Positions 8,417 through 17,527 of a stretch of DNA of 64,000 nucleotides are shown here, one piece after another; within the stretch, counting starts at the first letter, position 1, and each line of letters begins with the position of its first letter. The translations under genes were made by a program, and so were the position numbers. Below the pieces are notes generated by a model that saw only the letters and a program-made list of their open reading frames with translations, did not search any database and was not told where the DNA came from. The stretch comes from Escherichia phage Mangalyan, in sequence record OR449013; one strand, 5' to 3'.

Positions 8417-8623
8417 ATGAAAGACTTTCTGTTGGCAATTTTGTTCATGGCAGCATGTCTGGCCTGTGGTGTCGTGTTTGCAGGTGAAACAGCGTATCTT
8501 GTCGATGTATATCGGGACAATGGTAAACGTATTTGCCTTTATGAGACAAGTCAAGGTGAGCTCTACGAGCTTGTGAAACAAGGCGAGGCTGGATCTTGTC
8601 CTCGCACCCATTTCTTTGAGTGA
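8417..8623 (+). CDS. small membrane-anchored or secreted protein (68 aa), possible lysis accessory
   Basis: N-terminal hydrophobic stretch FLLAILFMAACLACGVVFAG; directly downstream of endolysin. Confidence 0.45.
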   Translation: MKDFLLAILFMAACLACGVVFAGETAYLVDVYRDNGKRICLYETSQGELYELVKQGEAGSCPRTHFFE

Positions 8624-8632
8624 GGAGAATAC

Positions 8633-9097
8633 GTGGAAGACGGACGTTTAATGAAGTCTGAACGCAGGCTTATTGTGCAACTGATCCCAGAAACAGCTTG
8701 GTATAATAACCTCCGAAACGCTGTGAAGAAGAGTGAGTGGGATAAGATCCGCAAGAAGTGCTATAGAGAAGCCAACTACACCTGTGAGGTGTGCGGCGGT
8801 AAAGGCAGCAAACACCCAGTGGAGTGTCATGAACTTTACACTTTCGAAGAGGGAGTGATCCGGCTTGTCGGACTGATAGCGTTGTGCCCAGATTGTCACA
8901 CATCGGTGCATCCTGGGTTAGCAAATATCCGTGGAAAGTATGCTCAGGCAGTTAGTCAGTTAGCTAAGGTGAATAAGATCACCAAGGGTATGGCAGAGGC
9001 CTATTACCGAGACTGCTTTGCAGAGTGGCGTGAGCTTAGTAAAGTTCCAGAATGGAAGACTGACTTTTCGTGGATAGAGGGTTACCTTGATGGCTAA
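8633..9097 (+). CDS. HNH-type nuclease
   Basis: CEVCGG ... HPVECHE ... CPDCH zinc-finger / HNH pattern; GTG start 5 nt after GAGGAG. Confidence 0.6.
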   Translation: MEDGRLMKSERRLIVQLIPETAWYNNLRNAVKKSEWDKIRKKCYREANYTCEVCGGKGSKHPVECHELYTFEEGVIRLVGLIALCPDCHTSVHPGLANIRGKYAQAVSQLAKVNKITKGMAEAYYRDCFAEWRELSKVPEWKTDFSWIEGYLDG

Positions 9098-9380
9098 GAA
9101 ACCTGTAAAAGAGAAATTCGATAAGACAGCTTTTGTATTCGATACACCTCTGGACGATATCATCAGAGGTATGCAAGCCTTGTATCGGAAGGCTGAATCT
9201 GAGCAGTTGTCTGAATCAGAACTTTACTGGCTTGGTTGGTGGGAGTTAAACCTGCCTAAAGCTGAAAGTTCTTGTCTGAGAACTGTTAAAACGTGCGCCC
9301 AAGAAAACGCTGCACTTGGAATCTACCACAAAAGGAAAAGATCAACAAAAAGCTCTCCAAGAAAGACTAAAAAGTCTTGA
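9087..9380 (+). CDS. hypothetical protein (97 aa), basic C-terminus
   Basis: ORF overlapping upstream stop. Confidence 0.45.
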   Translation: MMAKKPVKEKFDKTAFVFDTPLDDIIRGMQALYRKAESEQLSESELYWLGWWELNLPKAESSCLRTVKTCAQENAALGIYHKRKRSTKSSPRKTKKS

Positions 9381-9406
9381 CAAAAGTGTTATTAATCTGA
9401 TATTAT
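9377..9406 (+). promoter_or_regulatory. sigma70-like promoter
   Basis: TTGACA 9377-9382, 17-18 bp spacer, ATATTA/TATTAT at 9400-9406. Confidence 0.6.
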
Positions 9407-9439
9407 CGGTCAGATATCTATAAACTAGGAGAACTAGAT

Positions 9440-9748
9440 ATGCTTAAAATTTTTATTATTGAAGATAAAGATATTGTCCAGTTGTATGCAAACGAGAATC
9501 ATAAAGGTATGATTCTGAAGAAGGCAAGCAACCTTCATGAAAACACAATTCAACCTGGCGATGTAATTAAGATCTGTGGTTATATGATACCAGACTCCTT
9601 GATGAAAATAACCCACCACTGGGGGTCTAATCCGTTCCTTTTTGAAAAGTATTGGGATGTTGAGTCACTTATTGCAGAGAGTGATGATGCATTCCATTAC
9701 AGCATCCAACCATCTTGCAGAATAACTAACAGGAGGGTCTTTGAGTAG
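9440..9748 (+). CDS. hypothetical protein (102 aa)
   Basis: ATG 9 nt after AGGAGAA. Confidence 0.5.
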   Translation: MLKIFIIEDKDIVQLYANENHKGMILKKASNLHENTIQPGDVIKICGYMIPDSLMKITHHWGSNPFLFEKYWDVESLIAESDDAFHYSIQPSCRITNRRVFE

Positions 9749-10880
9749 AGAATATCCACTTATTGAGTCCATAGATTGTCTGGCTGATCTTCTTGAACCT
9801 GACGCTATAGTTTATTATGACTTCGATCAGGTTGCATATCAAGCTGCAGCAAGTTGTGAAAAAAGGACAATTGAGGTAACACACAAAGCCTCCGGACGTA
9901 AGAAGATGTTTAAAACACGAACAGAGTTCTGGGGGCGGCAGAAGAACACCGTTGGTGGTTGGTTAAAAGCTGAGAATACCAACCGTGAAGCTGCATGTAA
10001 AAAGGCTGGCAAGGAGTTTATTCCGTGGACACGAGAAGATTTCGATGTCTTGGATATCCAAACCCCAGATCCTGTAGAGAACTGCTTGCACACAATTAAG
10101 TGTAAAGCTAATGCAGTCCTTAATTATCTCGGTATTCCGGAAGATCGGTGCGTTGGGGTGCTGGGAGGCACAGGTAACTTCAGACTAGATCTCCCAATGC
10201 CGGAAAGATATAAAGCCAACCGTAACAATACTCTTCGACCACTGCTGCTTGGAGATGCAAGGCAGTATCTCCAAAAGCAGTATAATGCTCAAGTGATCAA
10301 CGGTATCGAGGCTGACGACTGGTTAGCTATCCAGCAATTTGAAGGTTGGAACCACTACCAAAAAACAGGTAAGTTCAACAAGTTTATTATCTCTATTGAT
10401 AAGGACCAAAGAACACTACCGGGGCTTGTGTTCGATCCCATGCGAAATGATAAGGGAGATTTTGTAAGGGAAACCCCTATGCTGATCGATAACGGTATGG
10501 GTAACATCTTCATGAAGCCTAATGGAGAGGTTGGTGGTTACGGAATGCTGTTCTTCGGATACCAAATGCTGTGTGGTGACTCTGCTGACAACATCAAGCC
10601 GTATCAAGGACTTATCGGTAAGGGTAAGTTCGGGGATGCCTCAGCATTCTACCTACTGTCTCAGTGCAGCACTCCAAAGGAGATGTGGGCGGCTATTATT
10701 GATCAGTACAAGAAGTGGTTCCCGAAAGGTGTTGTTAAGTATACTGACTTCAATGGTATTGATCGTAGAATTTCCGTAGGTCAGTGGATGAGTATAATTT
10801 TTGACTGTTTGTATATGAAGCGAACATTCAATGATCGAACAAAACTTGTTAACGTTCTTAGAAATGTTGGAGCAATTTGA
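9741..10880 (+). CDS. 5'-3' exonuclease, T7 gp6-like (FEN/PIN fold)
   Basis: blocks ERYKANRNN, FIISIDKDQRTLP, GIEADDWLA, CGDSADNIKPYQGLIG parallel T7 gene 6 exonuclease and T5 FEN motifs as recalled. Confidence 0.75.
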   Translation: MSREYPLIESIDCLADLLEPDAIVYYDFDQVAYQAAASCEKRTIEVTHKASGRKKMFKTRTEFWGRQKNTVGGWLKAENTNREAACKKAGKEFIPWTREDFDVLDIQTPDPVENCLHTIKCKANAVLNYLGIPEDRCVGVLGGTGNFRLDLPMPERYKANRNNTLRPLLLGDARQYLQKQYNAQVINGIEADDWLAIQQFEGWNHYQKTGKFNKFIISIDKDQRTLPGLVFDPMRNDKGDFVRETPMLIDNGMGNIFMKPNGEVGGYGMLFFGYQMLCGDSADNIKPYQGLIGKGKFGDASAFYLLSQCSTPKEMWAAIIDQYKKWFPKGVVKYTDFNGIDRRISVGQWMSIIFDCLYMKRTFNDRTKLVNVLRNVGAI

Positions 10881-11212
10881 TGACTAAAAATTCTGTAGAT
10901 AATGCAATTATGGAAGCTGTTTTTGAGGATGATCATACAACAGGGACCATTAAAACAAAAAATACATTTATTGTTGCCACAGGTATGTGGCGGTTGTATG
11001 AAGATGACACTATTTCATACATCCTGTACACAGATGATTACGCAGATGACCGTGTATGGTCTGCTGTTTTAAAAGAGGATTGTGAGTTGATTGAGGGCGA
11101 GCGGTTATGCATGTTCACCAGTGTGGAAACAGATGTTAAGCTTTGCTCTCTCGTCTTGTTCAAAGATAAGGCTTATGCTCCTGATGAAGGAGAGGAGGAT
11201 GAGGAAGCATGA
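10877..11212 (+). CDS. hypothetical protein (111 aa), acidic C-terminus
   Basis: ORF overlapping upstream stop by 4 nt. Confidence 0.5.
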   Translation: MMTKNSVDNAIMEAVFEDDHTTGTIKTKNTFIVATGMWRLYEDDTISYILYTDDYADDRVWSAVLKEDCELIEGERLCMFTSVETDVKLCSLVLFKDKAYAPDEGEEDEEA

Positions 11213-11838
11213 GAGAGCGTCTATTATCCATAGACCAGTCGTTGACACACACAGCTTGCGTTGTATGGGACGATGGAAAGCCTGTTCATAAGGTTGTGTT
11301 ACGAACTCAAAGCTCATCTGCAAAAGAGAAGAAACCAGGGACGGTTTCTTTTGCAACAGCTGCTGAGCGTATTGACTGGATCTGCAAACAGGTCAGATAT
11401 TATATCCACACGCATCACGTTGACACCGTGGTTATGGAAGGGCTTTCCTTTGGATCACGCGGGGATGCCACACGTGAACTGGCTGGGTTGTTTTACGGTC
11501 TTGAAATTATGCTTTGGGATGCCTTAGCTGATTGTGAAAATGACGGCCTGTTTAAGGTCCACACAGTGACACCAACAACTGCCAAAAAGTTTGCTCGTAG
11601 TCATCTTCCTGAAGAACTTGCTTTTGAGGAGAAGAAAAAGCTTGACAAAAAGACAGGTAAAGAGCATACTGTGAAGAAACCTGTTACAATGGATAAAAAG
11701 TTGATGGTTAAGGCCTGCGAAGTATCTGAACCTGGGTTCCTAGACGGGATCAATTTGGTACAAGGTAAGGCCGATCTCGCAGATGCTTATTGGATAGGCA
11801 GGGCTCATCTGGAGGGATTATCGCAAAGCGTAAAATAA
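11209..11838 (+). CDS. RuvC-like Holliday junction resolvase (tentative)
   Basis: N-terminal LLSIDQSL (catalytic Asp position), VVMEGLSFG, ADAYWIG acidic residues in RuvC-like order. Confidence 0.55.
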   Translation: MRERLLSIDQSLTHTACVVWDDGKPVHKVVLRTQSSSAKEKKPGTVSFATAAERIDWICKQVRYYIHTHHVDTVVMEGLSFGSRGDATRELAGLFYGLEIMLWDALADCENDGLFKVHTVTPTTAKKFARSHLPEELAFEEKKKLDKKTGKEHTVKKPVTMDKKLMVKACEVSEPGFLDGINLVQGKADLADAYWIGRAHLEGLSQSVK

Positions 11839-12395
11839 GAAAGAAAGCTGTCAAAGCCCCAGTTCATAACGGGTGGTTAAAAGATTCTAAGGACATAGCC
11901 AACTTTCGAAAAGAATTGTCAGAGGAGCAGGATGGTCTTGATCCGATCTTGTGCGAGCCACTTCGTAAGCCTTGTTTAGATCATGATCATCTGACTGGTC
12001 GTTGCAGGGGTGTTTTGTCTCAATGCACTAATACCTTTGAGGGGTATGTGCTTAAATACTGGATGAAATACTGTAACGAGTATACAGATTGCAGTTTATC
12101 AGAGGCGTTGCGCCGGATGGCTGACTATTTGGAGAAAGACTACAGCGACTTCCCGCTCCACAAAAACTACAGAGATGATATGACAAAGTTCTTGAGGAGA
12201 TGCTCTAAAGCTACGATTATTGCACGAGCAGAATCAGATCTCAATCTTGTCATTAATCCAGAGTGCACCAAGCATGAGGCTATTGAGCTCTACATGCAGG
12301 AGTTTATAAAGAAAACTGAGGAGAGAGATTTCTATGGGGATGAAAAAGGTATTCAATCCTTGCGACTCAGTCCTGATCAGGATGAAATACCGTAA
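11790..12395 (+). CDS. endonuclease VII-like (T4 gp49 family) resolvase
   Basis: LCEPL ... CLDHDHLTGRCRGVLSQCTN matches the DHDH / Cys-cluster core of recombination endonuclease VII; start uncertain (overlaps upstream gene by 49 nt). Confidence 0.65.
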   Translation: MDRQGSSGGIIAKRKIRKKAVKAPVHNGWLKDSKDIANFRKELSEEQDGLDPILCEPLRKPCLDHDHLTGRCRGVLSQCTNTFEGYVLKYWMKYCNEYTDCSLSEALRRMADYLEKDYSDFPLHKNYRDDMTKFLRRCSKATIIARAESDLNLVINPECTKHEAIELYMQEFIKKTEERDFYGDEKGIQSLRLSPDQDEIP

Positions 12396-12555
12396 CTGGA
12401 AAGGTGTTGTTGCAGATCGCTGCGTTACTGAGCCTAATTTATGGTTTGGCTCTACAGAGTATCATAAAGAAGAGCAGTGGTTGATGCGTGCCTTCGATGT
12501 AGACAAGGGCGAATATCGTGACTTCGCTTTAAAAGACATTCTTCAGTTTTACTAA
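12334..12555 (+). CDS. hypothetical protein (73 aa)
   Basis: ORF with GAGGAGAGAG leader; overlaps 3' end of endo VII-like ORF. Confidence 0.4.
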   Translation: MGMKKVFNPCDSVLIRMKYRNWKGVVADRCVTEPNLWFGSTEYHKEEQWLMRAFDVDKGEYRDFALKDILQFY

Positions 12556-12567
12556 GGAATCTTAACG

Positions 12568-13551
12568 ATGATGACAAAGTTAACTCTTGAGCAAATTTTA
12601 ACACTAAAGCAACAAGGATACACTAATAGACAAATTGCTCGTGAATTTTTAGGCCGTGAGTCACGTGAGAGCTGGATCCGACTACAGCTTAAACGTGCAC
12701 AAGAGAATATGTCAGAGATTGTAGGAGAAGCAACGGAGCGCTTCCTTGAAGAGCACAAAGGTGCTAAAGTTTGGGTGTATGATACAGAGACATCCCCAAC
12801 AAACGGCTGGTTCTTTGGGCACTATAAGACCAACATTCAAACCTGTGGTATTGAAGTTATGCCCTATATGCTAACTTTCGCAGGTAAGTGGTTAGACAGC
12901 TCTAGTGTGGTTGACTGCGCTCTTCCAGATTACAAAATGTGGGATGAGGATATTCACAATGATCTCGAATTGATTCAGGATTTGTGGTATTATCTGGATA
13001 AATGCGATGTCGCAGTAGCCCACAATTCAGGTTTTGACTGCGGGTGGGCCAACCAACGATTTGCATTTCACGGGTTGCCTCCAACAAGCCCCTACAAAGA
13101 GGTTGACACCCTTAAAATGATCAAGAAGGCATTCCGTTTGAATGCAAACACTTTAGAGTATGCATGCAAATACTTCCAACTGGCCCGACAGAAACTGATT
13201 GACCACACATTTGAAATGTGGATCAAGTGTGTCCATGGCGATCTTGAGGCATTTAAACAGATGCGGGAGTATAATGTTGGTGATATCCTGTCTCTGGAAG
13301 GCTTGTATTTGCTGGCTCGCCCGTTTGCTAAGCAGCACCCAAACATGTCATTGTACTACCAGGACGAGGAGCCAAAGGTTCGTTGCCCACGCTGTGGTGG
13401 AGAACACCTTCACGAGGAAGAAGCTTTGGCGTATACTCAGCTGAGTGCATTTAAAACATACCGCTGCGAAGGTTGTGGATCTGTTGTTCGTGATCGTAAC
13501 AACATCCGTACCAGAGAAGAGATGAAAAACACCCTGATTCAGATAATCTAA
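12568..13551 (+). CDS. DEDD-type 3'-5' exonuclease with N-terminal HTH and C-terminal zinc ribbon
   Basis: Exo I VWVYDTETSP, Exo II HNSGFDCGW, Exo III YNVGDILSLEGLY; N-terminal LKQQGYTNRQIAREF; C-terminal CPRCGG ... CEGCG. Confidence 0.65.
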   Translation: MMTKLTLEQILTLKQQGYTNRQIAREFLGRESRESWIRLQLKRAQENMSEIVGEATERFLEEHKGAKVWVYDTETSPTNGWFFGHYKTNIQTCGIEVMPYMLTFAGKWLDSSSVVDCALPDYKMWDEDIHNDLELIQDLWYYLDKCDVAVAHNSGFDCGWANQRFAFHGLPPTSPYKEVDTLKMIKKAFRLNANTLEYACKYFQLARQKLIDHTFEMWIKCVHGDLEAFKQMREYNVGDILSLEGLYLLARPFAKQHPNMSLYYQDEEPKVRCPRCGGEHLHEEEALAYTQLSAFKTYRCEGCGSVVRDRNNIRTREEMKNTLIQII

Positions 13552-13557
13552 CAAGTA

Positions 13558-13587
13558 GAGGGAGGCTTGCGCCTCCCTTTTCCTTTT
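13558..13587 (+). terminator. rho-independent terminator
   Basis: stem GGGAGGC / GCCTCCC, loop TTGC, then TTTTCCTTTT. Confidence 0.55.
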
Positions 13588-13596
13588 GGAGGCACT

Positions 13597-14415
13597 TTGA
13601 GCAAGAAAGAGTCTAACGACAAGTATTACACAAACCCAGGGTATGCAGAATATCTTGTTGGTAAAGTAAAAGATAAGTATGGGAATTGTGCATACGTTGA
13701 GCCTTCTGCTGGAAGAGGTTCTTTTTCAAAACTATTTTCAGAGATACTGTCGTACGATTTAGTACCAGATCCTGAATTTGAAGGACCAACACCGTGCATT
13801 CAGGCAAACTTCTTGGAGATGCACCCCAAGGCAGATGTCTTCATAGGTAACCCACCATTTGGCAAGAATTCATCTTTAGCTTGCAAATTCTTTAACCATT
13901 GTGCATCATTGCTAGAGCTTGGCGGGGCTATAGCCTTCATCTTGCCACGGACATTTGAAAAAATATTTTTTTCAAACAAACTGGACATGTCTATGCACCT
14001 TGTCTACAGCGAAAGGTGCCCTAAGAACTCGTTTTTACTTAATGGCAAACCTTATGACGTGCCATGTGTTTTCCAAATTTGGGAGAAAAAGGCGTGCAAT
14101 AGGGATCCTGTAGAGATTGGAGAGAATAAGTTATTTTCTTTTAGCACACCGGATGACTACGACTTCTGTGTAAGACGTGTTGGGTATAACGCTGGAAAAG
14201 TATTGGGTGATGATGATCCAAAATCTGAAGAATCTACATATTTCATAAAATCTTTAGTTGACGGTGTTGACAGAGTGTTTGCTGAATGCTATTCTTCTTT
14301 TCAAGAAGAAGCAGGTAAGACTGCTGGAATGAAGAGTATAGGCAAGAAAGAACTACAATACATTTTGGAGACCCGGTATGATCAAAAGCATAGACTTGAC
14401 CAAAGAACTTGCTGA
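13597..14415 (+). CDS. N6-adenine DNA methyltransferase, gamma class (TaqI/Eco57I-like catalytic domain)
   Basis: KYYTNPGYAEYLV, motif I VEPSAGRGSF, motif IV FIGNPPFG; ORF-track start 13567 is a TTG inside the terminator hairpin, so TTG 13597 (4 nt after GGAGG) is preferred but uncertain. Confidence 0.75.
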   Translation: MSKKESNDKYYTNPGYAEYLVGKVKDKYGNCAYVEPSAGRGSFSKLFSEILSYDLVPDPEFEGPTPCIQANFLEMHPKADVFIGNPPFGKNSSLACKFFNHCASLLELGGAIAFILPRTFEKIFFSNKLDMSMHLVYSERCPKNSFLLNGKPYDVPCVFQIWEKKACNRDPVEIGENKLFSFSTPDDYDFCVRRVGYNAGKVLGDDDPKSEESTYFIKSLVDGVDRVFAECYSSFQEEAGKTAGMKSIGKKELQYILETRYDQKHRLDQRTC

Positions 14416-14836
14416 TGCAAAAGCTTTTGGTGAGACAGCGGTACAAAGAGGCCAGGCTATGGGACTGGCACTACCTTTCGTCTTAAAAGAGCACTTTACA
14501 GATTTTCAACTTATCAAGGGTGATAAGGGAATTCTTATCCTGGAGCATAAGTTGAGTAAGAAACGCTATAAAGTTGTTTTTAATTCTAAAGCTCCAACAA
14601 AACTGGGATTCAGAACTTACAATCTTAACCCATCCTACACTAAGGGTGTAGGAAGAGTAGAACAACAGCATTTCAGTGCTAGAGCTTCTTTAGCCCCCTT
14701 GATGCTAAATTTTTCAGGGGTGGCTTTAGGATACCTTGACAAGAAAAGAGTTCTTCATGTCCGTTTCACAGACTTTGTAACGCTTTTAGCTAACAATGAG
14801 GTAGATGAAAAGGGACGTGTAAAAACAAACTTCTAA
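14378..14836 (+). CDS. hypothetical protein (152 aa)
   Basis: ORF overlapping 3' end of methyltransferase gene. Confidence 0.45.
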   Translation: MIKSIDLTKELADAKAFGETAVQRGQAMGLALPFVLKEHFTDFQLIKGDKGILILEHKLSKKRYKVVFNSKAPTKLGFRTYNLNPSYTKGVGRVEQQHFSARASLAPLMLNFSGVALGYLDKKRVLHVRFTDFVTLLANNEVDEKGRVKTNF

Positions 14837-14863
14837 TAACGCATAGTATGATTGGAGACCGCA

Positions 14864-15055
14864 ATGACACTAAAGTTAACAGTTCCAGACAGCTTTTCAG
14901 AAAACTTTATCCCAGAAATGATGGATAAGATGCGATCATTGCTTGATCAGATTGAAGAGGCTGTTTGGGAAGACGATGCTGTAGTGGCTAACGAGCTGGT
15001 AGATAAGTGTAAAAGTATTATTGATGCAGTTGAAGAATACCACGGAGGTTTTTGA
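14864..15055 (+). CDS. hypothetical protein (63 aa), acidic
   Basis: ATG 14864 after GGAGACC; ORF-track TTG 14852 less likely. Confidence 0.45.
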   Translation: MTLKLTVPDSFSENFIPEMMDKMRSLLDQIEEAVWEDDAVVANELVDKCKSIIDAVEEYHGGF

Positions 15056-15669
15056 TGGATATTATTGTTCTTAACGCCCCACCTAGTAGTGGTAAGGATC
15101 ACATTGCAGATCTCTTGTTGGAAGCTATTCCTAACTCACACCATCGTGAGGTTAAGGAGATGCTCTTCAGCGTGGCAATTAAGGCAGCTGGTGTAACTCC
15201 TCAACTCTGGAATGCACTTTATGACCGCCACTACAAAGAAGAGCCTTGCCCTTTCTTAATGATAGACGGTAAGCATGTTTCTCCGCGAGAGTGGATGATC
15301 CATTGTAGTGAAAATCTGATTAAACCTATCTTTGGTGAAGATGCTTTCGGTAAGGCCGCAGTCACATCCTTGAAGAAAGATTTCCCTAAAGGTAAAGGGG
15401 TTGTTGTTTACTCCGATGGTGGATTCAAAGAGGAGCTGGCATGCCTTAGTGAGTACGCATACAGCACAGGTGGAGATCTGTTGTTGTTCCGTATTCACCG
15501 TGTCGGATATGACTGGGGAAATGATTCCAGAACCTATCTAAGTCTGGAAAAGAACGGAATAAAAGGGATTGAGTTCGATGTTGTAAACCCTGAAGGTGCA
15601 CCTTGGGAGTGTGCATCGGAGATTGTGTGCAAGTATATTGATGCTAAAGAGGCCCAAGAAGAATGTTAA
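15052..15669 (+). CDS. P-loop kinase, deoxynucleoside monophosphate kinase-like (tentative)
   Basis: N-terminal Walker A-like LNAPPSSGKD as in T4 gp1-type dNMP kinases; sits among nucleotide-metabolism genes. Confidence 0.45.
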   Translation: MMDIIVLNAPPSSGKDHIADLLLEAIPNSHHREVKEMLFSVAIKAAGVTPQLWNALYDRHYKEEPCPFLMIDGKHVSPREWMIHCSENLIKPIFGEDAFGKAAVTSLKKDFPKGKGVVVYSDGGFKEELACLSEYAYSTGGDLLLFRIHRVGYDWGNDSRTYLSLEKNGIKGIEFDVVNPEGAPWECASEIVCKYIDAKEAQEEC

Positions 15670-16256
15670 TCGGAATTGATGTAGATTTGACACTGGTAGA
15701 TTCAGGAACAGCATGGTGGGAGTGGTTGGAGCGTTTGTATGGTCCAGCCAGTAAGACAGTCGCTAAACCTTCTAATGGACTGATGTATTACGATCTGTCA
15801 AAGTATTGGCCTGATCGCCCCAAAGAAAACATCATAGGGCCTTTTGATTTCTGGAGTGACCCATTCCTCTACGACTTTCTTAAGCCTGAAGAGGGGGCTA
15901 TTGAGGTTATGAAAGATTTGGTGGCTCGTGGTCACAAGCTTGCATTTATCTCGGTATGCAAGAAAGGTCACCTTGCATCTAAATCAAGGTTCTTAAAGCG
16001 TTGGACCAGTGATTTTATGGATCTGGACGATCACACCCAGGGTCACGGCTTCTACGCCACACATTTCAAAGGAAATGTGGCTGTAGATGTTATAATTGAC
16101 GACAGGCATGAATACCTTAACCAATTCGCTTCACGACCTGAAGTTATTAAAATCCTAAAAGATACGCCTTATGAGCAATTCGAGGAGTTAAAGGTCAGTG
16201 TTGACTATACCGCCAATAGCTGGTATAAAATAGGAAAGTTTTTAGAAGGTATTTGA
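15663..16256 (+). CDS. HAD-superfamily hydrolase, probable nucleotidase
   Basis: motif I IGIDVDLTLVDS (DxDxT), late VIIDDR acidic motif. Confidence 0.6.
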   Translation: MLIGIDVDLTLVDSGTAWWEWLERLYGPASKTVAKPSNGLMYYDLSKYWPDRPKENIIGPFDFWSDPFLYDFLKPEEGAIEVMKDLVARGHKLAFISVCKKGHLASKSRFLKRWTSDFMDLDDHTQGHGFYATHFKGNVAVDVIIDDRHEYLNQFASRPEVIKILKDTPYEQFEELKVSVDYTANSWYKIGKFLEGI

Positions 16257-16257
16257 A

Positions 16258-16458
16258 ATGGGCAGATGTTCTAAAGGTGGCGATCCTGTAGTCAGATACG
16301 GTGACTGGCTGGAGGTATATGATCTGGGAGGTAAGCTAGTGTATGCCTCCAGGATCACCCAAGACATGTGCTCTGATATGTTTAACAGATACCTTGCATT
16401 TAAGGCCAACATAAACCCAGACGAAATTTCCAAAATTAAAACAAGGAGAGCTAAATAA
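16258..16458 (+). CDS. hypothetical protein (66 aa)
   Basis: ORF tightly packed between neighbours. Confidence 0.45.
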   Translation: MGRCSKGGDPVVRYGDWLEVYDLGGKLVYASRITQDMCSDMFNRYLAFKANINPDEISKIKTRRAK

Positions 16459-17441
16459 TGCTAAAACTGTGCACTGCAAAGATCATTGCTGACAGCATTT
16501 CCGAGAAAGGTAAGCGTATCACCACTTTTGAGCTAGAGTATCCTCGAATTATTCACTCAGAGCTTATGACGCACCGAGTGTTCAGCCGAAACGCCATGTC
16601 TTCCCGTGCAGTTCCTGTCGGCAAGATGCTGCAGCAGATTGTGGAGAATCCGGCAATGCCAGTTCGCTTCGGTGTAAATAAGCGAGGTATGGAAGATGGT
16701 GGAGAACACGATCAAAAGATCCGTGTAGAGTACACTGACATGGAGCTAACCCCTGAAGAGTTTTGGAAAGAAGCTGCAAAAAACGCCGCTTGGCATGCAG
16801 AGAAGTTCGCCCTTGCTGGTTACCATAAACAAGTATGTAACCGCTTAGTGGAGCCGTTTCAGCGCATGAAAACAGTTGTAACAAGCACAGAGTGGAATAA
16901 TTTTTTCCATCTCCGTTGCTGGCACGATGCGGATCCTACGATTCAGATGTTGGCTAATTGTATGTGGGAAGCTCTTGTGAATAGCACTCCTGAAATCCTT
17001 AAACCATGGCAATGGCACACTCCATATGTAGAGCACGTTTATTTGGACGGAGAGTTTAACTACGCTGTACGTGACACAGAAGGAAAGCTCTGCATTCTCG
17101 ATACTAAAGAAGCTCTGTCTATCAGTGCTAGTTGCTGTGCACAAGTATCTTATCGAAATATTGACAGCACGTTTGAAAAGGCAGACAGTGTGGCTAAAAA
17201 ATTGATTGGTGGGGATCGTATCCATGCAAGCCCTTACGAGCACCAGGCAACACCTATGGATCACGATAACGCAATGGAACGTTTAAACTACTACCTGTCT
17301 TCATGTGAAATCACACAAGACAGCTGTGTTTGGCAGGAAGGTGTAACCCATCAAGACCGTGATGGTAAATTCTGGTCTGCCAACTTTTGTGGGTGGGTTC
17401 AGCACAGACAACTGCTTAATAACCACTTCGTGAAAGGTTAA
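16458..17441 (+). CDS. thyX: flavin-dependent thymidylate synthase ThyX
   Basis: ThyX signature R-H-R-x7-S in ELMTHRVFSRNAMSSRAVP; 327 aa. Confidence 0.85.
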   Translation: MLKLCTAKIIADSISEKGKRITTFELEYPRIIHSELMTHRVFSRNAMSSRAVPVGKMLQQIVENPAMPVRFGVNKRGMEDGGEHDQKIRVEYTDMELTPEEFWKEAAKNAAWHAEKFALAGYHKQVCNRLVEPFQRMKTVVTSTEWNNFFHLRCWHDADPTIQMLANCMWEALVNSTPEILKPWQWHTPYVEHVYLDGEFNYAVRDTEGKLCILDTKEALSISASCCAQVSYRNIDSTFEKADSVAKKLIGGDRIHASPYEHQATPMDHDNAMERLNYYLSSCEITQDSCVWQEGVTHQDRDGKFWSANFCGWVQHRQLLNNHFVKG

Positions 17442-17470
17442 TCCTATCACAGCGATAGGTAACTTTTGTG

Positions 17471-17499
17471 TTGACTAATAGTATCAGATAATCTATAAT
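17471..17499 (+). promoter_or_regulatory. strong sigma70-like promoter
   Basis: TTGACT 17471-17476, 17-bp spacer, TATAAT 17494-17499. Confidence 0.7.
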
Positions 17500-17527
17500 A
17501 ATGGCTCACTTTGTTGGTGAGCCAGAA

